Below are positions 48,277 to 57,600 of a stretch of DNA of 64,000 nt, one piece after another (within the stretch, counting starts at the first letter, position 1; each line of letters starts with the position of its first letter). Location: assembly GCA_035623855.1 (NCBI GenBank), contig DASPSQ010000005.1:2093-66092 (forward strand), in the 5' to 3' direction. The translations under genes and the position numbers were made by a program. A model generated the notes under the pieces. It was not told where the DNA came from, did no database searches, and was given only the letters and a program-made list of their open reading frames with translations. The DNA comes from Thermoplasmata archaeon. Its GTDB lineage: Archaea; Thermoplasmatota; Thermoplasmata; Lutacidiplasmatales; UBA184.

Positions 48277-48492
48277 TCACCCGCCGCTGAACGTGGAGAT
48301 CACGATCAGCCGCATCGGTCGGTCGATCGGGGTGTCGAGGGGGATCGGCGATTCCTCGAGGAGAACCGCGCTTCCTTCGGGCGGAAGGCCGGCCGAATGG
48401 AGCGCGGCCCGGACTTGCGTCCCGGCCGGGACACGGATCCGCCGGCGTCGCACGGACGCCCCGCGGGTCACTTCGAGCACGACGGAGATCAC
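48277..48492 (-). CDS. Ubiquitin-like small protein (SAMP/ThiS/MoaD family)
   Basis: About 71 aa from GTG 48492; beta-grasp pattern, ending IVISTFSGG* (di-glycine C-terminus). Confidence 0.75.
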   Translation of the reverse strand: MISVVLEVTRGASVRRRRIRVPAGTQVRAALHSAGLPPEGSAVLLEESPIPLDTPIDRPMRLIVISTFSGG

Positions 48493-48611
48493 CGGAGGAG
48501 AGGAGGCGCTGAGGGGGAGAGTCTCCGGCGGCCGGGGATCGCCCGACGCGTCCTTTGAACTCCCGCGATGCATACGCATCACCAGATCTCGAATCTGGCG
48601 CCTTGGCCGAG

Positions 48612-49742
48612 CTAGGCTACCTCAGCACCCGACGGGGCGAGTTGCGGCGGCCTTTTTCGTTTTGTGGTCGGGTCCTGGGGACGGTTCGGGTCGGCCGCCG
48701 CCAGCGAGGCCTTCAGCCGGCCGATGGCATCCGCCGGGTACGGGTCGACACCGCTCCGGTGGGCGAGGACGAGGCTCACCTGGTCGCCCAGGGCGACCCC
48801 GGCGATCAGCGCCTCGAGTCGATCTTCGGCGTCGAGCAGGACCGGGATCGCCCGGGCGCCCCGGGCGGCGAGGAGCTTCTGGAGGTAGTGAAGCCGGGTC
48901 CGAAGTCCCGCCGGGGCCTCCGACCACTCGAGAAGCAGCGCGGCGGTCCGCGTCCCGTCGGTCCGGCGGATCGCGTCCCACGCGACGATCGAGTTATGGA
49001 AGACCTCGGGGACCTCGTCGAACGCCGCGAGGCGCTTTGCGTTCTCCTCAATCTGCGTCTTCCAGCGACGCGCGAGGGCGAGGAACGAACTCTCCGCATA
49101 GACGAACGGGAACCGGTCGCCCACCTTTGCCGCGATCGACGCAGCCGGACCCCGCGCGTGGGCGATCGAGCCCATTCGGGACCGTACGTGCTCGGAGATC
49201 CGTGCGACGCGCACCTCGTTGGATTCGGGAAACCATGGGTCGAGGAGCCCGAGGATCCCGCCGAGAAGATGACCGACCGCCGCGCGCGGGGGGTGGCCCG
49301 ATGGGACCAGCAGGACCGGGACGTCCTCTTTCGCGGCACGCTCGGCGAGCTCCCCTCCCGACGCGATGACCGTCCGGTGGGCTCCGATCTTCCGGGCCGT
49401 TTGGAATGCTTGGAGGGTCTCCCAGGTGTCGCCGGAGTAGCTGATGAGGATGACGTGGGCTCGGCTATCGAGACCGTGCGGCAGCTCCGGCGACCGGACG
49501 ACCGTCAGCATCGCCGGGGTCTCCGCCTCGACCACGCCCCGCACGAGGTCCGCGGCGATCGCCGAACCCCCCATCCCGACCGCGACGATGGGCGATGCAC
49601 CTCGTGCCGGCCGCGCGAGCTCGAGGCCGGCGGCGAAGCCCTCGCGCAGCGCGGTCGGGAGGTTCGCAACGAGCGAGCGCATCCGGGTCAGCCCGTCCGG
49701 CTCCCTTCTCTCCACGGCGCTCGGGGGCCAGCGCGGGGTCAT
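48612..49742 (-). CDS. Bifunctional phosphoglucose/phosphomannose isomerase (SIS)
   Basis: VGMGGSAIAAD, ISYSGDTWET, ASGGEL, PPRAA, RRWKTQIEENAK, PEVFHN. Confidence 0.88.
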   Translation of the reverse strand: MTPRWPPSAVERREPDGLTRMRSLVANLPTALREGFAAGLELARPARGASPIVAVGMGGSAIAADLVRGVVEAETPAMLTVVRSPELPHGLDSRAHVILISYSGDTWETLQAFQTARKIGAHRTVIASGGELAERAAKEDVPVLLVPSGHPPRAAVGHLLGGILGLLDPWFPESNEVRVARISEHVRSRMGSIAHARGPAASIAAKVGDRFPFVYAESSFLALARRWKTQIEENAKRLAAFDEVPEVFHNSIVAWDAIRRTDGTRTAALLLEWSEAPAGLRTRLHYLQKLLAARGARAIPVLLDAEDRLEALIAGVALGDQVSLVLAHRSGVDPYPADAIGRLKASLAAADPNRPQDPTTKRKRPPQLAPSGAEVA

Positions 49743-49852
49743 ATGGGTTACGGGGAGAGTACGGCCGAATTCGCAGAAACTTCAAGAGGCCCCCCCTCCC
49801 ATCTTCGACCTAGCGAGCAACGTTCACTTCGAACGCGCTGAGAGGAGTCTCC

Positions 49853-52066
49853 GTGGCGACCCCGACCGCACATGCGCCGCCGACGGAGGCACGCGTGTCG
49901 ACCGGCAATCGGGATCTCGACAGCATGCTCGAAGGCGGCCTGGTGGCCCGTCGCCCGTACCTCGTCGTCGGCCCGTCGGGGACCGGCAAGACCACGCTCG
50001 CCCTTCAGTTCCTGTGCGAAGGGATTCGGAACCACGAGCGGGCCCTTCTCGTCACCATCGAAGAGCCGCCGAACGAAGCCCGCCTCAACCACCCCGGGCT
50101 CTCCCCCGAGCTCGAACGGGTTGACGTCTTTGACGCGATCCCGGACATCATGCGGTACGAGCGGGTCCCGTTCAAGGACATCGCGTCGGTCCGCTACGCG
50201 CAGCCGTTCGCGGCCGTACCTCTGTCGATCCGTCAGTCGCCCGAGCTCTCGTCGGTGGAGGTGACCCTCGCCGCGCTCGAGCAGATGCTCCGGACCGAAG
50301 TCCTGCGCAAGGGGTACTCGAGGGTCGCGATCGATTCGCTCACGGCGCTTCAGTACTTTTGCATGAAAGGCTTCGAACCGGTCGCAGGCGCCCAGACGTT
50401 CCTGCGGTTCCTGTCCGACCTGCGGGTCACCACGATCATCACCGTCGAATCCCCCCTCGAGGACGTCGAGACCCCCGAGCGAGCCCTCGCGCGCGGGGAG
50501 ATCCGGCTCTTCCGCTGGGAGCACGAGAACCGAACCGTGCGCGCGATCGGAGTCGAGAAATTCCGGGGAAGTCCGCACGACGTCCGGCTGCATCCGTACC
50601 GGATCGGTCCCCATGGGCTCGACATCAATCTCGAGCTGACGATCTCGCGGGACACCCGCCAGATCATCGAGCCGGCTCCTCCTGCGTTCGCGATCGCGAC
50701 CCCGACGCCGATTCCGCTCGAGGAGGTCATCTCTCCGGTCGACCCCCTCGCCGAGGAGGTGCGGGACCTCGTCCTGGTCGGGGCGGACCTCGGTCCAGTG
50801 CGGACCGAGATCGAGGCCGCTCTGGGCGCGCTTGCCGCCGGCGACATCGAGCGCTCCCGAGGCCACATGTCGCGAGCCACCTCGCAAGTGATCGCGCTCT
50901 CCGCCGCGATTCCCCCCTCGCCCGAGACGGAGGTCCAGCGTCCGGTGGAGGTCGAGGAGGCGTTCCAGCGTCTCGTCCAGCGGGGAGAGTCCGCGAGGGC
51001 GGGGTTCCCGCCCACCCGGCTCCCTCCCCCGCGAGTCCTGGAGGTCGAGCTCGAGTGGGTGCTCTCCCTGATTCCCCCTGCGGCGGTTCCCTCCGAAGCC
51101 GAACCGGCCGAAGCAGTCATCCCGATCGCGGAGGGACCCGCCCTCGAACTCATCCCGGAGGCGGAGGTCGTCGCCGAGGCGGCTCCGGCCGCCGGGGCCG
51201 AGCCACCTCTCCCGAGTGTCGAGGAGCCCCCCATCGCGGTGACCGTGGAAGCTCAGATTCCGAAAGAGTCCGCCTCGGAAGAGCCCAGGGAGCCGACCCC
51301 TCCGCCGATTCCGACCCCTGCGGCAGAGCCGGCTCCAACTCCCACAGAGCCTCAGCCTCCGACAGTTCCAGAACCGCCGACGGTCCCTGTGACCTCACCA
51401 CGCTACCCCGCCCCTCCCGAACCACCCTCTCGCCCCCCCGTTGCGGCACCCCCTGAGCCCACGCGAGTCCTCCACGCTACGGGGGCTGCCCGCCCAGCGG
51501 AGCCCCCGGCCCCGCCAAGAGCCGAGGAGCCACGGCCTCCGTTGCCGTCCTTCGAAGTCGCCGCAGAGAAACCCACGAAAGCCCCCGGACACGGCGGCGG
51601 CTCCCGGGGCACCGGGACCCTCGTGTCGACCGGGCGGGCGCACGCACCCCGTCTCTCGTCCACCCCGGGCGGCCCTCGGCTACCCGCCACAGGGACCGTG
51701 CCGACCGGCGGAGCCGCGGAGGTTCAGAGTCCGACAACTCCAGGGGCTCCATCGAAGCGGAGGAAGAAGCCGACACCGGCCGTGCGAAAGAAGCCGGTCT
51801 CGACTGCCGTCCGCTCCGAACCCGTCCACGTTCCGCATGCAGCGCCGACCCCGCCTCCTCTCCCCGGTAGCCACACGCTCCACCCGCCCGAGGTTCCCTT
51901 GCCCCCGACCTCGCCGCCGCGGGCCAAGAAACGGACGGCCCGGAAACGCAAGGCGCCGACCGCGACGGGGGAGAGTGCGGGACCGCTTCGAGGGGCGGAA
52001 TCCTCCTCTGACGCCCACTCCACGGATTCCCCGGCTCTAGATCCCGAGCCGAAGGAGGGTGCGTGA
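49853..52066 (+). CDS. KaiC/RAD55 family ATPase with helical domain and long Pro/basic disordered tail
   Basis: STGNRDLDSMLEGG, Walker A GPSGTGKT, IEEP, Walker B VAIDS, EKFRGSPH. Confidence 0.85.
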   Translation: MATPTAHAPPTEARVSTGNRDLDSMLEGGLVARRPYLVVGPSGTGKTTLALQFLCEGIRNHERALLVTIEEPPNEARLNHPGLSPELERVDVFDAIPDIMRYERVPFKDIASVRYAQPFAAVPLSIRQSPELSSVEVTLAALEQMLRTEVLRKGYSRVAIDSLTALQYFCMKGFEPVAGAQTFLRFLSDLRVTTIITVESPLEDVETPERALARGEIRLFRWEHENRTVRAIGVEKFRGSPHDVRLHPYRIGPHGLDINLELTISRDTRQIIEPAPPAFAIATPTPIPLEEVISPVDPLAEEVRDLVLVGADLGPVRTEIEAALGALAAGDIERSRGHMSRATSQVIALSAAIPPSPETEVQRPVEVEEAFQRLVQRGESARAGFPPTRLPPPRVLEVELEWVLSLIPPAAVPSEAEPAEAVIPIAEGPALELIPEAEVVAEAAPAAGAEPPLPSVEEPPIAVTVEAQIPKESASEEPREPTPPPIPTPAAEPAPTPTEPQPPTVPEPPTVPVTSPRYPAPPEPPSRPPVAAPPEPTRVLHATGAARPAEPPAPPRAEEPRPPLPSFEVAAEKPTKAPGHGGGSRGTGTLVSTGRAHAPRLSSTPGGPRLPATGTVPTGGAAEVQSPTTPGAPSKRRKKPTPAVRKKPVSTAVRSEPVHVPHAAPTPPPLPGSHTLHPPEVPLPPTSPPRAKKRTARKRKAPTATGESAGPLRGAESSSDAHSTDSPALDPEPKEGA

Positions 52067-52842
52067 GCGCCTCCGACCTCCTTTCGGAGCACCGCGTGCC
52101 GACCGGGATCCCCGGCCTCGACCGGATGCTCGGGGGTGGGTTGGTCGCGGGCCGGCCGTACCTCGTGACGGGAGGCACCGGCAGCGGCAAGACCCTCCTC
52201 GGGCTCACGTTCCTTCTGGAGGGTCTGAAGCGAGGGGAGGAGGTCCTCCTTGTCGCGGTCGACGAGCCCCCGAGCGAGATCATCGAGAACGTCCAGTCGT
52301 TCGGCTGGGACCTCTCTTCGGTGAAAACCCTCGAGGCGAATCCCGGCACGCATGCGATCAAGCGGAACGTCGCGGTGCAGGAGATCCGCACGATGACCGA
52401 CCTGAAGTCGATGCGCGACCTCTCCCAGGAAGTAAAGCGGCCGGCCGACCTCGAGGACATCTCGATCCAGTCGATCCAGCTCAAGCTGCGTCAGCAGATG
52501 ACGACCCTGCCGTTCCGCCGGGTCCTGGTCGATTCGATCACGTCGGTCCGCCGGTTCGCGATCAAATCGTCGGTCGACCCTCAGGCCGAACGGACCGAGA
52601 TCCAGTCACTGCTCCGATTCCTCTCGGAGGCGGGGGTGACGACCCTCATCACCGCGACCCCGAGCGACCCGGCGTTGCTGACGCCCGAGGAGATCCTCAC
52701 GCGGGGCGAGATCCTCCTCACCCGCAAGTGGGTCGGAGACCGCTCGGTACGCCAGCTCAAGATCGTACGGATGCGCGGCTGCGCCCACGATCCGGAGCGT
52801 CGCCCGTTCGTCATCACCCCGCAGGGCATCGTCGTCGCCTAA
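52063..52842 (+). CDS. KaiC/RAD55 family ATPase (single domain)
   Basis: PTGIPGLDRMLGGG, GGTGSGKT, VDEP, VLVDS, RMRGCAH; GTGA overlap with the upstream ATPase. Confidence 0.87.
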   Translation: MSASDLLSEHRVPTGIPGLDRMLGGGLVAGRPYLVTGGTGSGKTLLGLTFLLEGLKRGEEVLLVAVDEPPSEIIENVQSFGWDLSSVKTLEANPGTHAIKRNVAVQEIRTMTDLKSMRDLSQEVKRPADLEDISIQSIQLKLRQQMTTLPFRRVLVDSITSVRRFAIKSSVDPQAERTEIQSLLRFLSEAGVTTLITATPSDPALLTPEEILTRGEILLTRKWVGDRSVRQLKIVRMRGCAHDPERRPFVITPQGIVVA

Positions 52843-52865
52843 CCGCGACCCGCGCGGAGTACGTA

Positions 52866-53393
52866 ATGGGCGGAGGCCGGTTCGGCCTCGCCGTGGCGTT
52901 CTGGCTCGTGAAGGAGGAACCCCGGCACTACTCGTGGACTGACCTCGAGCGGGAGGGAGGTACCGAGTGGGATGGAGTCCACAACGCTCTGGCGCTGCGG
53001 AACCTGAAATCGATGGGGGCGGGGGACCGGGCGATCTTCTACCATTCCGGCGATGAGCGCTCGTGCATCGGGATTCTGGAGGTCGTCGGTTCCCCGCATC
53101 CCGACCCCCGCGACGCGCGGGGCTCGTGGTCGGTCGAGGTGCGGCCGGTTCGACCCCTGCGCCGACCGATCCCTCTCGCGGAGGTGAAGGCCGACCCGGC
53201 GCTCCTTGGGTTCGATCTGATTCGTCTCGGGCGTCTCTCGGTCGTCGCGGTGTCGGACGACCAGTGGGCCCGTCTGCTCGCCCACGAGGACGCCACTCCG
53301 GTTCCGGCCCGGCCGGCTACGGAAGCGCGCGCGGGTCGCGCGCGACGTAGCGCGCGACGTCGGAGACCGCGCGCGGCGCGGCGTAGACGCTGA
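52866..53393 (+). CDS. EVE domain protein
   Basis: FWLVKEEPRHYSWTDL, WDGVHN..A, MGAGDRAIFYHS, RLSVVAV. Start is 52866 (ATG) or 52893 (GTG). Confidence 0.87.
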   Translation: MGGGRFGLAVAFWLVKEEPRHYSWTDLEREGGTEWDGVHNALALRNLKSMGAGDRAIFYHSGDERSCIGILEVVGSPHPDPRDARGSWSVEVRPVRPLRRPIPLAEVKADPALLGFDLIRLGRLSVVAVSDDQWARLLAHEDATPVPARPATEARAGRARRSARRRRPRAARRRR

Positions 53394-54579
53394 CGGCCCA
53401 CTCGGATGGAGGTCGGGCGGCGAGCGTTCGCCACGGACTCGGCCGTCGGAAGGGAAAGAGCGTTCCCTCCCCTGTGAGGAGCCCGATCTCCCCCCAATCA
53501 TCCTCCGGAGCGTCCCGGGTGTCGAGCATCGCGAGGTCGATCAGCACCGAGCCCGCGGGCCGACGGACGCCGGACGCGATTTCGTCCTCGAGCGCGCGCC
53601 GCTCGGCCGGTCGACCGAGGAGCCGCTCCCACCGGGCCCGGGTTGGCCCTGGAAGAGTCGTCCAACCGAAGGCACGCTTGTAGAGGCGCCGCTCCAAGAG
53701 CCCCCGGGCAAGCGCCTCGCTCAGTCCCCCGGCTCCCTGGAGGCGGTCCAGGAACTCGCCGTCCGTTCGGCCGAACAGCGGCCGGGCGGATTCGGGATAT
53801 CCCGGCATCCGTTCCACGGCCGCCTGCGCCATCATCTCGGCCGCGCGGACGGTCTTGTGAAAGTACACGGATGTGTACATGAGCGCTCGACCCACAAGGA
53901 ACCCCTCGACGGCGCTCCGACCCTTCTCGGCGAACGCGAGCCGCCCCCCGGCCGCCCGGACTGTGTCGAGGAGCCGAACGGCGTCGATCGCCCCGTGCGC
54001 GACCCCGGTGTAGTACGCGTCCCGCTGGAGGTAGTCGATCCGGTCCGCATCGATCGGGCCGTGGAGGATCTGGCGAAGGAGAGGGGGACCGCGCGTAGAC
54101 CGACGGGGATCGATCAGGTCCGCCACGTCGCGGGGGTCGAGGCGGAATCGGGAGAGGACGGCCGGGACCTCCGGATGCTCCCACGGACCCTCCGATTCGG
54201 TTCCCTCGATGCGGGCCCGGGAGAGCGTCTCGTGCCCGAATCCGAGCACCTCGCGCATCGGTGAATCGAGGGTGTGGGAGAAGGGACCGTGGCCGACGTC
54301 ATGGAGGAGCGAACCCGCCGCGACCCGGGACGCGTCGCTCGCGGGGAGATCTAGGCGGGCCGCCATCTCGCTCGCGACCCAGTAGGTTCCGAGCGAATGT
54401 TCGAGCCGCGTGTGATTCGCTCCGGGGAAGACGAGATGGGCGAATCCCGTCTGGCGAATGCCCCAGAGACGTTGGAATTCCGGCGTACTGACCAGCGCGA
54501 GGGCGACACCGTCGAGTCGGATCGGGCCGTGGACCGGGTCGAAGATCGACTTGTGGTGGGAACGGGCCCGAGACCGCAT
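53317..54579 (-). CDS. HD-domain phosphohydrolase (dNTP triphosphohydrolase/SAMHD1-like)
   Basis: IFDPVHG, EFQRL..IRQ, HTRLEHSLG, LLHDVGHGPFSH, DADRIDYLQRD, VYFHKT. Confidence 0.9.
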   Translation of the reverse strand: MRSRARSHHKSIFDPVHGPIRLDGVALALVSTPEFQRLWGIRQTGFAHLVFPGANHTRLEHSLGTYWVASEMAARLDLPASDASRVAAGSLLHDVGHGPFSHTLDSPMREVLGFGHETLSRARIEGTESEGPWEHPEVPAVLSRFRLDPRDVADLIDPRRSTRGPPLLRQILHGPIDADRIDYLQRDAYYTGVAHGAIDAVRLLDTVRAAGGRLAFAEKGRSAVEGFLVGRALMYTSVYFHKTVRAAEMMAQAAVERMPGYPESARPLFGRTDGEFLDRLQGAGGLSEALARGLLERRLYKRAFGWTTLPGPTRARWERLLGRPAERRALEDEIASGVRRPAGSVLIDLAMLDTRDAPEDDWGEIGLLTGEGTLFPFRRPSPWRTLAARPPSEWAVSVYAAPRAVSDVARYVARDPRALP

Positions 54580-54686
54580 CGCGACCTCGGCCCGACCGCG
54601 CCCAGGAAATAAACGGGTTTCCGGGGGCCGGACGATTTCCTCTGGTTCCGAACGTATTTACGCGAGGGGACCGTCCGGTCGCGGGC

Positions 54687-57600
54687 ATGGCCGAGGACGA
54701 CTCCGCACCGGTGGCGAAGGCACCGACCGGCACCGACCCCATCGAGGAGATCCGCCGCCAGTTCCAAGAGGTGCATGCGGCGGAGGCTCGCCCGGACCGG
54801 GCCCGGTACCTGAGCAGTCTCAAGGGGTTCTTCGCCACGGTCGAAGCCCACTCGAAGGAACTCGGCCCCGCCGCAAGCGAAATCGCGCCGATGCTTGCCG
54901 ACGTGGCACTTGCGTTCTCGCGCGCCTCCCACCCGGATCTCGCCCGGCGTGCTGTCGATCTCGGCCTGGAGTTCTCCCCGGGCTCGTCCGCCCTCTTGCA
55001 TCACAAGGCGCTTCTCCTGCTCGGCCAGAACCAGGACCTTCCTCAGGTTCTGACGCTGGTCGATAGGGCGCTCGAAGGGAACCCGAACGACAAAGGTATC
55101 TGGGCGACCCGAGGGGACGTGCTCCGCCTCCAGGGTCGTGCGCCGGAGGCGGTGGAATCGTACCTTCACGCGCAACAGCTCGATGCGTCCTCCACCCAGT
55201 ACGTCGACAAGGCCCTCAAGCTGGCCCCCCACGACCCTCACACGTTGCGCGCGAAGCTCGACCTCGCGCGAGCGTTGGGTGGAGACGTCCGTGCGCTCGC
55301 GGCCTGTGATGAACTGCTTGCGATGAATCCGGACGACCTGGAGCTGGTCCGTGCGAGGGCCGAACTCCTGGCAGCGCTGGGTCGCGGCGCCGACGCACTC
55401 GAGCCGATCCAACGGGTACGGGCGGCCCACCCGGACGACGCCCGCGCTGCACTCTTCCACGCTCGGCTACTGTACCAGCTCGGCCAGGACGAGGAGGCCC
55501 AAGCGATTTCAAAGTCCATCATCGAGGCGCCGACCCCGCCGGAGCCCGCGGCGCTCGAAGAGCTCGCGCACCTCACGGAGCCGAAGACCCCCGAGCTCGC
55601 GCTGGCGGCCCGGGAGCGCCTGCAAGCGGTCGACTCGCGGAACGTCCAGAACCTTTTGGATCTGCGGGCCCTCGCGATGCGGCTCGAACGGCCCGAGCCG
55701 GCCCTCAAAGCGTGCCAGGCGATCCTCGCCGCGCACCCACAGAACCTGGAGGCGATGCGAGGGATCGCTGAGATCGAGCTCGCCGAGGGACATCACGACG
55801 CGGCGCTCGAGGCGTATCGGGACCTTCTGAAAGCCCACCCCCACGCGCTGAGCGAGTCGAGGAAGGGCCTCGAGGCGGCGCGGGAGGCGAACCGGCCGGA
55901 TCTCGTCCGGGAGTTCGCCCAGGCGATCCTGGTCGAGGAGCCGAACGATCTCGCCGCCCAGCTCGGGCTCGCCCGGGCATTCTCGAGCGCGGGCGACGCG
56001 GAGGGGGCGATCAAGGCGTACGACGCGCTACTCGAGGCGCATCCGGGAGAGCTCCCGTACCTTCTGGAGAAGAAGGAGATGGTCGCCCGGACGAACGACC
56101 CCGGCAAGCTCGCCCCCGTTCTGGACGAGCTGTTCCGACTCGACCCGACGCGCACGGATGTCGCGATCGAGCGGGGGAACCTCTTCCTCTCGCTCGCGTA
56201 CGACCGCGCGGAGGGTTCTGCGGAGCGGGACCAGGCGGCGCGGACCGCGCTCGTTTCCTACGAACGGGCATCGAGCGATCCCGACGCCGTGGACGTCGCG
56301 GAGCTCGGGGTCGCCCGAGCCTCGCGTCTCGTGAACGATCACGATCGTGCGATCCGCGCCTACGAGGCGTTCCTCGCCCGGGAACCGAACCACATGCGGA
56401 ACGACATCCTCAAGGAGCTCGGCCACGCGCTTAGAGAGACCGGTCGGTACTCGGAGGCCGCCGAGGCGTACGGGCGGGCGATCGGGGGTGGCCTCGAGGA
56501 CTCCGATCTCTTCTGGGGCGCGGTCGATGTCCTCGCGCTCCTGAACCAGGACGCTCGGGCCCTTCAGCTGCTCGAGCTCCTCTTGCGACGCGAGCCCGCG
56601 AATCCGCTGTACCTCCGCAAGCGGGGTCAGCTCCTCCTCAAGGCGGGCCGCCGTTCCGAGGCGCTCAGCACGCTCCAAGAAGCCGTGCAGGCCGCACACG
56701 GCGATCCCCACTCGTACTTCGAGGTCGCGGAAGCACTGCGCGCCCAGGGCGCCTACGCCGATGCGCTGACGTACTACCGGCAGGGCCTCGGGATCGATCC
56801 GAAGAACCGGCACGGCCGGCTCGCGCTCGCCGAGACCCTCCAGCTCGCCGGCCAGTACTCGGAGGTCCCGGGAATCGTCGACCCGCTCCTCAACGAAGAG
56901 CCGAACGACCTTGCGGCCTGGAAGGTCCGGGGCGATGCCCTTCGGGCCCTCGGTCGACCCGCCGAGGTGCTGTACTCGCTCCGCGCCATCCTCCTCCTGG
57001 AACCCGACAACGGCCCAGCACTGCTCGAGAAGTACCGTCTCCACACCGAGATGAACGAGACGAAGGAGGCGTTCGAGACTCTGAGCCACCTGTTGTCCAC
57101 CACTGCCCCCGAGGCCCAGGACGCGACCCTCCACCTCGAACGGGGAGACCTCGCGGCAAGCCTCGGATTGACCGAGGAAGCGAACGTGTCGTACGAGCAC
57201 GCCGCTCAGATCGATCCGGCGTACCGTACCGAGATCGCGATCCGACGGGCGCGCCTTCGCCTGACCGCCGGGAGGCCCGACCTCGCGCTCGAAGTCCTGG
57301 ACGAGGGACTGAAGGCCGCCCCCGCAGGCGCGCCGCCGAACATCGGGGCGCTCCTCCTGCGCGCGGAGATCTTGGGGGCGCTCGAGCGACCGGCCGAGGC
57401 GCGGGCCGCCTATGAGGAGGTCCGCCAGCGGGAGCCGAAGTCACCTCTAGCGCTCGCGGGAATCGCTCGGTCGATGCTCGAGGAGGGCCAACACGCCGAG
57501 GCGGCCGAGTTCCTCCGGACCGCGATCCCGCAGGCCCCTCCCCAGGAGTCCCTCTACCTCCTCCTCGGCGAAGCGGAGAGCGGTCTCGGCCACCTCGACA

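Noticed and set aside
51050..52060. Low-complexity Pro-rich DNA as a tandem repeat (also 58920-59340)
   Set aside because: No exact nucleotide periodicity; it simply encodes disordered protein tails.
49853..52842. Circadian clock (kaiABC) or RadA recombinase
   Set aside because: Single-domain ATPases without the KaiC phosphosites, no KaiA or KaiB, and no RadA N-terminal HhH domain.
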